Shown: positions 49,043 to 58,032, counted from the first letter of the stretch. The stretch is DNA of 64,000 bases from an uncultured Candidatus Saccharibacteria bacterium (GCA_964428615.1 CAYRXZ010000001.1:2334-66333); one strand, 5' to 3'. Program-made: numbers and translations. Notes: a model not told the origin generated them from the letters alone.

Positions 49043-49465
49043 TTATAAGTCTAAACTGGCACGCCATCGCGCGCCGAATTTTTTCCCAATATGAATCCGC
49101 CACGCGGAAAATTCAATTGCCCCAAGATTACCATTGGATAACCGATTCAACGCCTCAAACCACGGGCCTTGAGTGTCATACCCTCCTTCTTTCCTGATTT
49201 TTTCCGTGAGGATAACGATAGGGTTTTTCCCTTTGGCCGTCGCTTCATCAATGGAAACGCATCCAAACTTTTGGATGAATTCCGGCGTACAACACTTGTA
49301 ATAGTAACACCAGGCCGATGAAGCGCAAAACGGTACGGGAAGGGTAGATCCATTCTTTTTTTTGAAGTCGACGATAAGGCCAACTTCTTTTTCCACATCG
49401 GGCAAACATGCCCGACATGGCGCCTTAGAATAACATACGGGATTCTTTTTTTTCCGCATAAACAA
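49043..49465 (-). CDS. Cys-rich hypothetical protein
   Basis: AGGAGG directly upstream; ATG at 49459 is the likely start. Confidence 0.65.
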   Translation of the reverse strand: MFMRKKKNPVCYSKAPCRACLPDVEKEVGLIVDFKKKNGSTLPVPFCASSAWCYYYKCCTPEFIQKFGCVSIDEATAKGKNPIVILTEKIRKEGGYDTQGPWFEALNRLSNGNLGAIEFSAWRIHIGKKFGARWRASLDL

Positions 49466-49470
49466 CCTCC

Positions 49471-49806
49471 TTATTTGACGAAGTATGTGGACTTGTTTTT
49501 TGATCTCCGACTGTCCGTCCCGCTTGATGTCAAAAACTTTCTTTGCGCCGAAGCAAAGGCTTTAAAGAATTCGTCTGCTGTAAGGTGTTTTGCATCAGCC
49601 CTAATTGAAAGATATTGGCGAGATTCAAAAGAAATCACCCCGCCACACTCTTCAATGAGGCAGTATAATGCCTCTCGCGCTTCTTTCTTCTCCTTTTCTA
49701 CTGCGGCAATAAAACCGCAGTTTGAAATCGTTGCGACATCGCGAGTACACCCAAAACTCCATGTCTCGCACCTATCCCTAAACGGACAAACAAATTCTTT
49801 TTCCAT
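49471..49806 (-). CDS. Cys-rich hypothetical protein
   Basis: GGGGGAG RBS; N-terminal CPFRDRC...C...C. Confidence 0.65.
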   Translation of the reverse strand: MEKEFVCPFRDRCETWSFGCTRDVATISNCGFIAAVEKEKKEAREALYCLIEECGGVISFESRQYLSIRADAKHLTADEFFKAFASAQRKFLTSSGTDSRRSKNKSTYFVK

Positions 49807-49887
49807 AAACTCCCCCTTTCAAATAGATTTTTTTATCTAAAAATAAAACATTTTTATCTAACAAAGATTGGTAATTTGCTACCGCCC

Positions 49888-49916
49888 ATAATAACCCAAA
49901 AATAAATACTTGTCAA
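49888..49916 (-). promoter_or_regulatory. Sigma70-type promoter
   Basis: Minus strand TTGACA-N17-TATTAT, upstream of 49806. Confidence 0.7.
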
Positions 49917-49962
49917 GAAATTATCCTTCCTTACTCCTTTTATATTTTAATTTTTTATAAAA

Positions 49963-49991
49963 TTGACAAAATAGCAAAAATGTGATAAATT
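49963..49991 (+). promoter_or_regulatory. Sigma70-type promoter
   Basis: TTGACA-N17-TAAATT with TGn extension, upstream of 50059. Confidence 0.65.
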
Positions 49992-50058
49992 ATTTTCAGT
50001 GAAATGGTAAGCACTTTGTATAATAAAATAACCCCAAAATACAGAAAGGAGACGCAAA

Positions 50059-50544
50059 ATGACGAAATGGCTTAAAGAAAGATTACCCACACTACTCAAG
50101 GAAGTCCCTTCAGACTTTCAAATGAAATTTTCGGAAAAATCCGAAAACGATGAATTTATCGGAGCGCTTTCTCCAGGTCTCGTTAAAATGGCGAGACTTT
50201 TCGCATGGCTCAATAAAAAGCTCATTGAGGGCTACGAGACACGACTTAGGACCAAATGTGATAAAGAGAGTTCCCGAAACTTCACCCAGGAACAAATGGA
50301 AACGGAAAACGATATGGATGCGGTGAGAGCCAATATATTCACGTCCCTCTGGCACGAGTTGGGTATTTATCCACAAATACAAACATCTCTAAAAATGGAC
50401 AGAGGCGCTATTGTCGCTGTTGTGCCTAAAAAAATTCCTGATCGCGACGCTAAAGTTACGGTTAACGTCGTTCAGATTTCCGGACCATTGCCAAGTATCG
50501 CGGACATCATCAGTGAAATGACCAAGCCACACCTCAACTCTTAA
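50059..50544 (+). CDS. Hypothetical protein
   Basis: 161 aa with an AAAGGAG RBS and an upstream promoter. Confidence 0.72.
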   Translation: MTKWLKERLPTLLKEVPSDFQMKFSEKSENDEFIGALSPGLVKMARLFAWLNKKLIEGYETRLRTKCDKESSRNFTQEQMETENDMDAVRANIFTSLWHELGIYPQIQTSLKMDRGAIVAVVPKKIPDRDAKVTVNVVQISGPLPSIADIISEMTKPHLNS

Positions 50545-50603
50545 CCGCCGTAAAGCAACACAGGCCGTCCTGTTTTTATAAACAGTTGCGGCCTTTTTTA
50601 TTT

Positions 50604-53600
50604 TTATTCCCCAAAACCGATTTTTATATACCAATCTACGGCCGAATTGATATTTACCGAATCGTCTATATAGCTCCCAAAAGGAGAAACTTTTATAAAT
50701 ACCTGCCCCGATTCACCGCCGGAATAAACATCGCTTCCGCTAACCGCGCTCTGCCAAGAGTTTGAAAGTGAATCGCTATAAGAATGAAATGTATAACTTG
50801 AATTTTCCAAAACAAACCAATATTTAACTCCCGAGCTTAAAACAACGTTCGGCGAAAAGCTGAAAACCAAGTCGCGATTTTGCGGGTCGCCCGATAAACC
50901 TGAAATAGTCGAAGCTGAAATAAGGTTATTAAAATCCGGCTTATTCCCGTTATCACCAAAAACCGTAAGTTTTAAATTAAAACTCGCGCCACTATCTTGT
51001 GAATGTTTTACTTTTAAAATAACCTTATTAAATTCCAAGCTTTCTGCTAAAGTAATACTTTGAATATTTGCTGCGCTAATACCATTCCAATTCATTTGCC
51101 CAAAATTATTACTCCAACCGTCGTCAATTTCCTGAATTAGATTAAAATTAATTGGCGGGTATTCCCAATTTGTCGAAAGCGTTAATATTGAATAATTATT
51201 AAAATTATCTTTTACCATGACGCTTATTGAAAAACTTTCTCCAGGCGAAACGAATCTTGAAGTGCCTGTGGCGTTACCCGCCGAACCCCAGCTCTCGTCA
51301 TTGTATTTAATTTCGTAAACTAAAAGGCTATCCAGCGTATCGGCGTCCGTGGCTTTCGACCAAGAAAGGTTTAATTTGGAATTTACGCTATCAAAATTTT
51401 TGACGATTTCGCCATTAAAAATAGGGGTTTGACGTTTCGGTTCAATCCCAAAATAATATTTTGTTTTGTCCGTCGCGACCAATTGAAACTCCGGATTTAA
51501 ACCGTCAAAAGTCGGGATAGATGAAACAGAATAAAAAACAGCTGTCATAAAATCATTTTCATCAAGACTTAATTCCCCGCTTGATTTAACGGTTTTTATA
51601 ATAAAATGGTTGTCTTCCAATTGAGAAAAACTAAAAGACCTATTAACCGCGCCGCCAGGAAAACCGCTACAATTATTAATATCCGGCAAAATCAAAGAAT
51701 CCCCGCCTGTCCCGCCCGCGCATTGGCTATATCTTAACTCCAAAACATTAGTCAAATCATTCGGCCGCCAATAAGGATTATTTAAATCGTTTTTCGCGTC
51801 GCTATTCAAATAAAAAACTGCTATTTTCCACGTATTGCCCTTATTGAACAAATCCGGGATAAAAGGATATTGCTCGTAATACGCGTCTATCAAAATTTCG
51901 CTGTCTTGAGGACTTTGGTAAAAATATAAACCCGAAAAAAAACTCGGAATACTTATTGAAGAAGTCGCTTCGTCCGAACCAAAACCATCTTCATCAAACG
52001 CCTGAATAGAAAAATGGTAATCGCGGCCGACTTCGTTTATTGTAATTTTTTCCGTTGTTGATGTTGATTCCACTATTGGCAATGTCGCACTCGCATTACT
52101 AATATCAAAAATTTTATAAACTAAAGTTGAGGTGGCCCCTAAATAATCTTGCGATTCACTCCACTCAAAATTTAATTCCATTCTGCTTTGCGCGTATTGA
52201 ACGTTGAAATTTTCCGGTTTTGTCGGCGCAATTCTCGGCTCAGGCAAGCTTAAAGAATTTTGCGGATTAGGAATTTCGCGGGTGTCAAAATCCCCATCGC
52301 TATCGCTATCGCAACCGTTTCCGGAAAATTCTCCGCTCGATTGCGATCGAGCGCAAGCGTTATTTATCCACGCTTTTCGTTCTAAGCTCTGGTTTTCGCC
52401 GACAGAGGAATCATAAGAAATCGAATCTACTTCTCCGCCATTGTTATTAAACAAAAAGACAGTGCTTGAACTGTTAGACAACGAACTCGCCCTAACTATA
52501 TCCGCCGTAACGCTTCCAGTATAATTATTTAATCCTATCAAGAAAAATCCTTTGCTTTTTATCAAAATGTTATCTTCTTGTTTGGAACCGAATTTTGCCA
52601 AAAGCTTCGTTGATGTGGCATCGCCTGTTAAAATATTTAAAGAATAATTTGTCAGATCAATTTCGTTGTCTATTGGATTATATAATTCAATAAATTCTTT
52701 TCCTTCGTCGCTTCCTTGAGCATTAAAAAGAATTTCTGAAATTACAATATGATTTGCGCCCGCTAAAGAAACGGGGATGTTTGCCGTAACTGGAGTTGAG
52801 GAAACTCCTTGATTGTTGAAGACAACAAGACTTGTCTCATAACTCCCGAATCTTGAATAGATATGTGAAGCCACCGAACTTGAGGTGATTAATGTGCCGC
52901 CATCTCCAAAGCTCCACTCATAAGAAATAATTTGCCCATTAGAGTCAGTTGAAGAAGCGGCATTGAAATTTACAACTTGCCAGGCCTGGGGGCTCTCTGG
53001 AGAATAAACAAAAAAGGCGCTGGGCGCCTGATTTGACTGGCTTGTTTGAAGATTTTTGATTTTAAAATCGTTAGAATTGTTGTCTGTATCGACAAACACG
53101 TTATTTTGCAACTTTCTTTCAATACTTTGGTTTTCCGTTGGTTCCAGAGCACAAGAACTCTCGCAATCACTGGAATTGCCCCAACCAACTTTATCCACAA
53201 CATCACCGTTAGAATTTTTTATCTGAATAGAATTCGCCTCTGTAAGCGTTAGGCTGTCCAAGAAAATATCGGCATTCATATCTGAACGTGAAATTAAGAA
53301 AAAACTTTTTGCCGAAATTATTTTATTTTCAAAATAAGTTTTTGAAACGAGCGAAGAAAAAGAACTGCCAGTTTTAGTTTTTCTTTGAATATACCAATTA
53401 GTTAAGTTAATAGCTGAATCGTTTGGGTTATAAAGCTTAATAAATCTGTTCCCGGTTGGAGAAATTTGAACTTCGTTTATTAAAATTTTTATTACGTTTG
53501 ATTGCTGATTTTGATTTACTGATCCGCCACCAAAATAAACTGTTTGCACGGGCGCCGATGCCGTTGAATTTTCCGCTTTCGGCGTTCCATTCACAACACT

Positions 53601-55487
53601 TGAAGTGTACCAATTAAAACCGCTTGCGTCGCGCTCCATTGTTTTTCTTTCGCTACTGTTTCCGGCGGGCCAATCGAGATTCGCCAAAACTTCGTCAATC
53701 AAATTGCATTGGCTATCAAAAAGCCTCAAGCCTTCGTTTGTGTTTGAAAGCGCGCCGCTATAAATTAAATCAGCTTTTATGTTTTGAACCGAATTATCAT
53801 CCGTTCTTTCAAATAAAAGAAGCTTGTTTGCTCCGATAATTTTGCTTCCATTGATGGAACCAAAATTTATTTTTATTTGTTCATCTTTATCTATTAATTG
53901 CCAATTACCAACATCTACGTTTCCGCCAGAAATATTTTTCAACTCAATCCATTCATCGCTAGCGCTGTTTAAAGTCCCCATCCAAGCAACCTCATTAATA
54001 ATGATTTTTTGACGTGAAGGGGTTTGATTAGTAATAAAAGAGCATTGTCTTACTGTCACGACCGGCGTTATTCTATTATTATCTTCGTTGTCATCAAGTT
54101 TATTTTCTAAATCTTGCTCTATATTTATCTCATCATCTTTTTCATTTTGAATAACTTCATTCTCTTGAATTTCTTGAACAATTTCTTCTTTTACTGGTTT
54201 TTGTATTAATTCTTTTTGTATTATTTTTGAATTATCGATTTTATCTTTTTCTATGGATTTAATATCGATGTTTTGATTTTTGTTTTCATTTTGATTTAAA
54301 TCTATTTGTTCCACTTGTTCAAAATTATTATCCGAGTTAAAAATACCTGTTAAAAATTTATTCGCCGAAGAAACTATTCCACTTGCCGTCGAGCCGACTT
54401 GAGCCATAAAATTTCCAACTGTTTCCACAGCATTACCGATGACCGACCTTTCTTCAGCAGTATTAAAATTCGGATCATTTTTCGCTTTTTCAACTTCTTG
54501 GAAGAATAGATTTATCACACCGGCGCCATATTGAACGGATTTTGTGGAGAGGCGGGACCAGTAGTCGGACATTACTCTCTCATCTCCTATATTAATAACA
54601 CCTTTAATGTCTATTAAAACACTTGATTGAACGGGTTGTGCCGATAATTTATAAAATCCATCATCATCTTTGCCTAATTTAAATAAAATGTCATCTATTT
54701 TTTCATAAGTAATTGATTCTGGTAATTCATAACCGCTCTGAACGCCAATTGTATCTTTGCTATAAAAATTACTATTTGAATATTTTGCCAGTTGATCAAA
54801 ATAAGAATTCAAGTCTGATAAAACAACAGGAGTTTTATTGATTAATCTGGTGCCTAAATTTTTATCAGAATTACTTAAATTAAATTGCTCTGCATACATT
54901 TCATAAGGACTACCCGTAGCGTGTGGATCATTCCTTGTGTGATCTGGGACAGCCTTGTCTTCAATTAAATGTAAAATGTGGCCAAGCGTAAACATTGCTT
55001 TTTCTTTTTCGCCTTGAACATAAAATTTAATTGCTCTTTGCCACGTAAAATCAGTTTCGCTTGTTAAAGCGCTAATCGCTCTTTGTTGAATAGCGGTTAA
55101 AACTGAAGCAATGGCGGTTGGAACTTTATAAGTTAAACTATTTTGATTATTGCTGTCTTGCGCCCAATTTTTAGATTTTTGCCAATTTCCCAAATTGTAA
55201 AGAGGGTCAATAGAGGGATCGCGAGTAAGACCCTTGTCTTTAATTGGGTCATAAAAATGATTCATCCAACGGGGAATATCATCTTCGCGCCGAGAGCCGT
55301 CTAAAAGATAAGGAACTAAATCATCAGAAATTTTATTGTTTGAGAAATTCTGATTGTAAAATTTAATAATTTCATCAGTTAAAAAAGTATGTGTTTCTAC
55401 ATTGTAAGCAAAAACATTGCTAAAATTAATAATAAAAAATCCCAATATTAAAATTGAGATTATTTTTATAAGCTTTCTATTTTCCAT
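50604..55487 (-). CDS. Large secreted multidomain protein: Zn-dependent phospholipase C/S1-P1-like N-terminus, three lamin-tail domains, PKD and Fn3-like domains
   Basis: Signal peptide; ETH, EDD, NHFYDP, LGHILHLIED, H...YE; IIINEVAW...EWIELKN, ILINEV...LYNP, IVISEI...EFIELYNP; YEWSFGDG. Confidence 0.85.
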   Translation of the reverse strand: MENRKLIKIISILILGFFIINFSNVFAYNVETHTFLTDEIIKFYNQNFSNNKISDDLVPYLLDGSRREDDIPRWMNHFYDPIKDKGLTRDPSIDPLYNLGNWQKSKNWAQDSNNQNSLTYKVPTAIASVLTAIQQRAISALTSETDFTWQRAIKFYVQGEKEKAMFTLGHILHLIEDKAVPDHTRNDPHATGSPYEMYAEQFNLSNSDKNLGTRLINKTPVVLSDLNSYFDQLAKYSNSNFYSKDTIGVQSGYELPESITYEKIDDILFKLGKDDDGFYKLSAQPVQSSVLIDIKGVINIGDERVMSDYWSRLSTKSVQYGAGVINLFFQEVEKAKNDPNFNTAEERSVIGNAVETVGNFMAQVGSTASGIVSSANKFLTGIFNSDNNFEQVEQIDLNQNENKNQNIDIKSIEKDKIDNSKIIQKELIQKPVKEEIVQEIQENEVIQNEKDDEINIEQDLENKLDDNEDNNRITPVVTVRQCSFITNQTPSRQKIIINEVAWMGTLNSASDEWIELKNISGGNVDVGNWQLIDKDEQIKINFGSINGSKIIGANKLLLFERTDDNSVQNIKADLIYSGALSNTNEGLRLFDSQCNLIDEVLANLDWPAGNSSERKTMERDASGFNWYTSSVVNGTPKAENSTASAPVQTVYFGGGSVNQNQQSNVIKILINEVQISPTGNRFIKLYNPNDSAINLTNWYIQRKTKTGSSFSSLVSKTYFENKIISAKSFFLISRSDMNADIFLDSLTLTEANSIQIKNSNGDVVDKVGWGNSSDCESSCALEPTENQSIERKLQNNVFVDTDNNSNDFKIKNLQTSQSNQAPSAFFVYSPESPQAWQVVNFNAASSTDSNGQIISYEWSFGDGGTLITSSSVASHIYSRFGSYETSLVVFNNQGVSSTPVTANIPVSLAGANHIVISEILFNAQGSDEGKEFIELYNPIDNEIDLTNYSLNILTGDATSTKLLAKFGSKQEDNILIKSKGFFLIGLNNYTGSVTADIVRASSLSNSSSTVFLFNNNGGEVDSISYDSSVGENQSLERKAWINNACARSQSSGEFSGNGCDSDSDGDFDTREIPNPQNSLSLPEPRIAPTKPENFNVQYAQSRMELNFEWSESQDYLGATSTLVYKIFDISNASATLPIVESTSTTEKITINEVGRDYHFSIQAFDEDGFGSDEATSSISIPSFFSGLYFYQSPQDSEILIDAYYEQYPFIPDLFNKGNTWKIAVFYLNSDAKNDLNNPYWRPNDLTNVLELRYSQCAGGTGGDSLILPDINNCSGFPGGAVNRSFSFSQLEDNHFIIKTVKSSGELSLDENDFMTAVFYSVSSIPTFDGLNPEFQLVATDKTKYYFGIEPKRQTPIFNGEIVKNFDSVNSKLNLSWSKATDADTLDSLLVYEIKYNDESWGSAGNATGTSRFVSPGESFSISVMVKDNFNNYSILTLSTNWEYPPINFNLIQEIDDGWSNNFGQMNWNGISAANIQSITLAESLEFNKVILKVKHSQDSGASFNLKLTVFGDNGNKPDFNNLISASTISGLSGDPQNRDLVFSFSPNVVLSSGVKYWFVLENSSYTFHSYSDSLSNSWQSAVSGSDVYSGGESGQVFIKVSPFGSYIDDSVNINSAVDWYIKIGFGE

Positions 55488-56020
55488 ACGCCAGAAATCT
55501 CATTAAATTCTAAATCAATATAGGCTTTTAATTCTCCGTTTTCGCGTACAGCAAATTTAAAATCTTTATCATACGCACGAGCCTTTATATCAGGTTTTGC
55601 TTTTAATAATAAATCTGCCACTTCTTGCAACTCGCCTGCTTGTTTGGTTTTTTCTAATCCTTCTAACCATTTTGGATCAATACTCCCATCTGATCTCAAC
55701 ATAAAATATTTACTCGCCAATTCCACATCATCTTTTTTTAGAGCATCAATAAACATTTTCAACGTTTCTTCCGGTGTTTTACCTCCATAAATGTCGTTTT
55801 TCATTGCCTCCTCAAAATCTTCCCGCCAATCAAGATATTTTTCGTAATTTTCCTGATTCTGCCTATCTAATTTCGCCTGCGGGCTCAAGTATTTATCCCA
55901 AACAAAATACCCGCCCGCGAATAAAATGATTATTGCCAAAAACCCAACAACAAACTTCCAATATTTATTTTTATTCTTCGACGCATCCGGCGGATTAGAT
56001 AAAAAATTTTGCTCTTCCAT
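55466..56020 (-). CDS. Membrane-anchored hypothetical protein
   Basis: TM segment, DIYGGKTPEETLKMFIDALKKDDVELASKYF, C-terminal GVWKIESL; probable start MEEQ at 56020. Confidence 0.8.
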   Translation of the reverse strand: MEEQNFLSNPPDASKNKNKYWKFVVGFLAIIILFAGGYFVWDKYLSPQAKLDRQNQENYEKYLDWREDFEEAMKNDIYGGKTPEETLKMFIDALKKDDVELASKYFMLRSDGSIDPKWLEGLEKTKQAGELQEVADLLLKAKPDIKARAYDKDFKFAVRENGELKAYIDLEFNEISGVWKIESL

Positions 56021-56119
56021 AATTTTAAAATTTTTATAAAAATAAAAGAGGGATCGCTCCCTCACTAGCTTTAATATTATTATAACAAATTTGTTTCCAT
56101 AAAAATGTGGATAACTTAT

Positions 56120-56161
56120 TCTTGCTTAAAGTGCACGCTATAGCGTATACTTTAAGCAAGA
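56120..56161. repeat. 42-bp loop-less palindrome, upstream end of cassette 2
   Basis: TCTTGCTTAAAGTgcACGCTA|TAGCGTatACTTTAAGCAAGA; 19 of 21 positions pair. Confidence 0.95.
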
Positions 56162-56185
56162 CTTATTAAGTATAAATTGTAACAA

Positions 56186-56761
56186 ATGAGAATAACAAAA
56201 CATTGGAAGATTAACAACCTGACTAAAGATACTTTGTTAAAATTAGCTCTCGGAGGAGCGTTTATTTTAGTTTCTATTTCATCTCCATATTTTTTAAATC
56301 AAGTAGCTAAAAATTATTTTAAAGAAAAAAGCAAAAAAGCTGCATATGCACGGGCTAAAAGACTAGGCGAATTGGAAAAGAAAAAAATTATTTCATTCAA
56401 AGAGTCTAGTAACAACAAAATTAAAATAGAACTCACACATAAAGGAAAATTATTAGTAAGAGAATACAATCTAGATAATTTAAAATTAAATAAACCGAAA
56501 GTGTGGGATAAAAAATGGAGAATATTTATGTATGATATTCCCGACTATCACAAAAAAGCTCGGGATGCTTTTAGATTTAAAATAAAACAGCTCGGCTTAT
56601 ACCCACTCCAAAAAAGCGTTTGGATATCACCTTATGATTGTACGCCAGAGATTGAATTTCTTTGCGCTGTTTTTGATATAGACATTAATAGCCATGTTTA
56701 TCAACTAACAACAACTCAAATTCCAAAAGAACGAGAAGTTAAAAAGTGGTTTGATTTATAG
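56186..56761 (+). CDS. PaaX-like protein: wHTH plus Cas2/VapD-like C-terminal domain
   Basis: RLGELEKKKII...IELTHKG, then WDKKWRIFMYDIPDYHKKARDAFRFKIKQLGLYPLQKSVWISPY. Confidence 0.9.
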   Translation: MRITKHWKINNLTKDTLLKLALGGAFILVSISSPYFLNQVAKNYFKEKSKKAAYARAKRLGELEKKKIISFKESSNNKIKIELTHKGKLLVREYNLDNLKLNKPKVWDKKWRIFMYDIPDYHKKARDAFRFKIKQLGLYPLQKSVWISPYDCTPEIEFLCAVFDIDINSHVYQLTTTQIPKEREVKKWFDL

Positions 56762-56783
56762 ATATATAATAGATTTTCATATC

Positions 56784-56821
56784 TTGCTTAAGGTATACGC
56801 TATAGCGTATACCTTAAGCAA
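56784..56821. repeat. Perfect 38-bp palindrome, downstream end of cassette 2
   Basis: TTGCTTAAGGTATACGCTA|TAGCGTATACCTTAAGCAA. Confidence 0.96.
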
Positions 56822-56865
56822 CTTTAAAAAACTCAAATAAAGTATATTATTATTTATAATATTAA

Positions 56866-58032
56866 TTATATAATAACTCCGCCGCCGAGAAGGGCGCCTT
56901 TTTTGTTATAGAATACGGCTGATTGGCCAGGAGCGACGAACTTAACTGGTTTAATAAATAGTAAATAGTAATTAGTAATTGGGAGTTTTTTGTTTTCCCT
57001 TGTTACTTGTTGCTTATTACTTATTATTAATTCCGCTTTTTCAAGCAGCTGGCGATAGCGGACTCGTGCCATGACTAAAATTTTTGATTTTTTACCTTTT
57101 AGTTTTTCGTCCGATAAATTAACATTTATCAATTCAACTTCTTTTTTATACAATGCCGGGTTTTCATTCCCCTCGACGAGAACAAGAGTGTTTGTTTTTT
57201 TATTTTTCTCGGCAACGTAATACGGCTGTCTGTCTTTTTGAAATTTAATTCGCCGACTGGCGGAAGGAAAATTTATTTTTGCATTTATGTGCCTTTGGCC
57301 GATTGTATAAAATTGAACACCGCTGTGTTCGCCAATTATCTTTCCTTCAAAATCCAAAATTTTTCCTTTTTTCTTGGAAATATATTTTTTCAAAAAATCT
57401 TCAATTTTTATTTTCCCTAAAAAGCACACACCTTGAGAATCTTTTTTTTCGGCGGTTATCAAGCCGGCGGCTTTGGCGATTTTTCGGACTTGCGGTTTCA
57501 AATAATCACCTATCGGAAATAAACAGTGAGCTAATTGCTCCGCTGTTAAAGCCCAAAGAAAATATGATTGGTCTTTATTTTTATCTTTGGCTTGATAAAG
57601 ATTTTTTGATTTTAATTTCACATAATGTCCTGTTGCCACATAATCGGCTCCGAATTTTAAAGCGCGTTCCAAAAACAGACCGAATTTTATTTCTTTATTA
57701 CACATTATATCGGGATTTGGAGTTGAGCCTTTTTTATAACCATCTATCATATATTTAATAACTTTCTTTTTATATTGTTTACGAAAATCCCAAATGTAAA
57801 ACGGGATTTTAAGTTTTTGGGCAACCAAAGCAGCATCGCGGCTATCTTTTTTAGTACAGCCATCTTTTGAATCGTAGCAACGCATAAAAACACCAACTAC
57901 GTCATAGCCTTTCTTTTTAAGCAGTAATGCTGCGACGCTGGAGTCCACGCCACCACTCATACCGACAAAAACCCTTCTACTCCGCTCAGGGTAAACCTTT
58001 TTCTTTTTAAGCTTTTTCAACTCTTTCAACAT
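56866..58032 (-). CDS. mnmA: tRNA-specific 2-thiouridylase
   Basis: GMSGGVDSS, TPNPDIMCNKEIKF, ATGHY, KDQSYFL, DSQGVCF, YTIGQR, APGQSAVFY. Confidence 0.97.
   Translation of the reverse strand: MLKELKKLKKKKVYPERSRRVFVGMSGGVDSSVAALLLKKKGYDVVGVFMRCYDSKDGCTKKDSRDAALVAQKLKIPFYIWDFRKQYKKKVIKYMIDGYKKGSTPNPDIMCNKEIKFGLFLERALKFGADYVATGHYVKLKSKNLYQAKDKNKDQSYFLWALTAEQLAHCLFPIGDYLKPQVRKIAKAAGLITAEKKDSQGVCFLGKIKIEDFLKKYISKKKGKILDFEGKIIGEHSGVQFYTIGQRHINAKINFPSASRRIKFQKDRQPYYVAEKNKKTNTLVLVEGNENPALYKKEVELINVNLSDEKLKGKKSKILVMARVRYRQLLEKAELIISNKQQVTRENKKLPITNYYLLFIKPVKFVAPGQSAVFYNKKGALLGGGVII

Noticed and set aside
56106-56114. DnaA box as evidence for oriC
   Set aside because: It is a single intergenic box; the other matches (50367, 53191) are inside CDSs. 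There is no box cluster and no dnaA/dnaN nearby.
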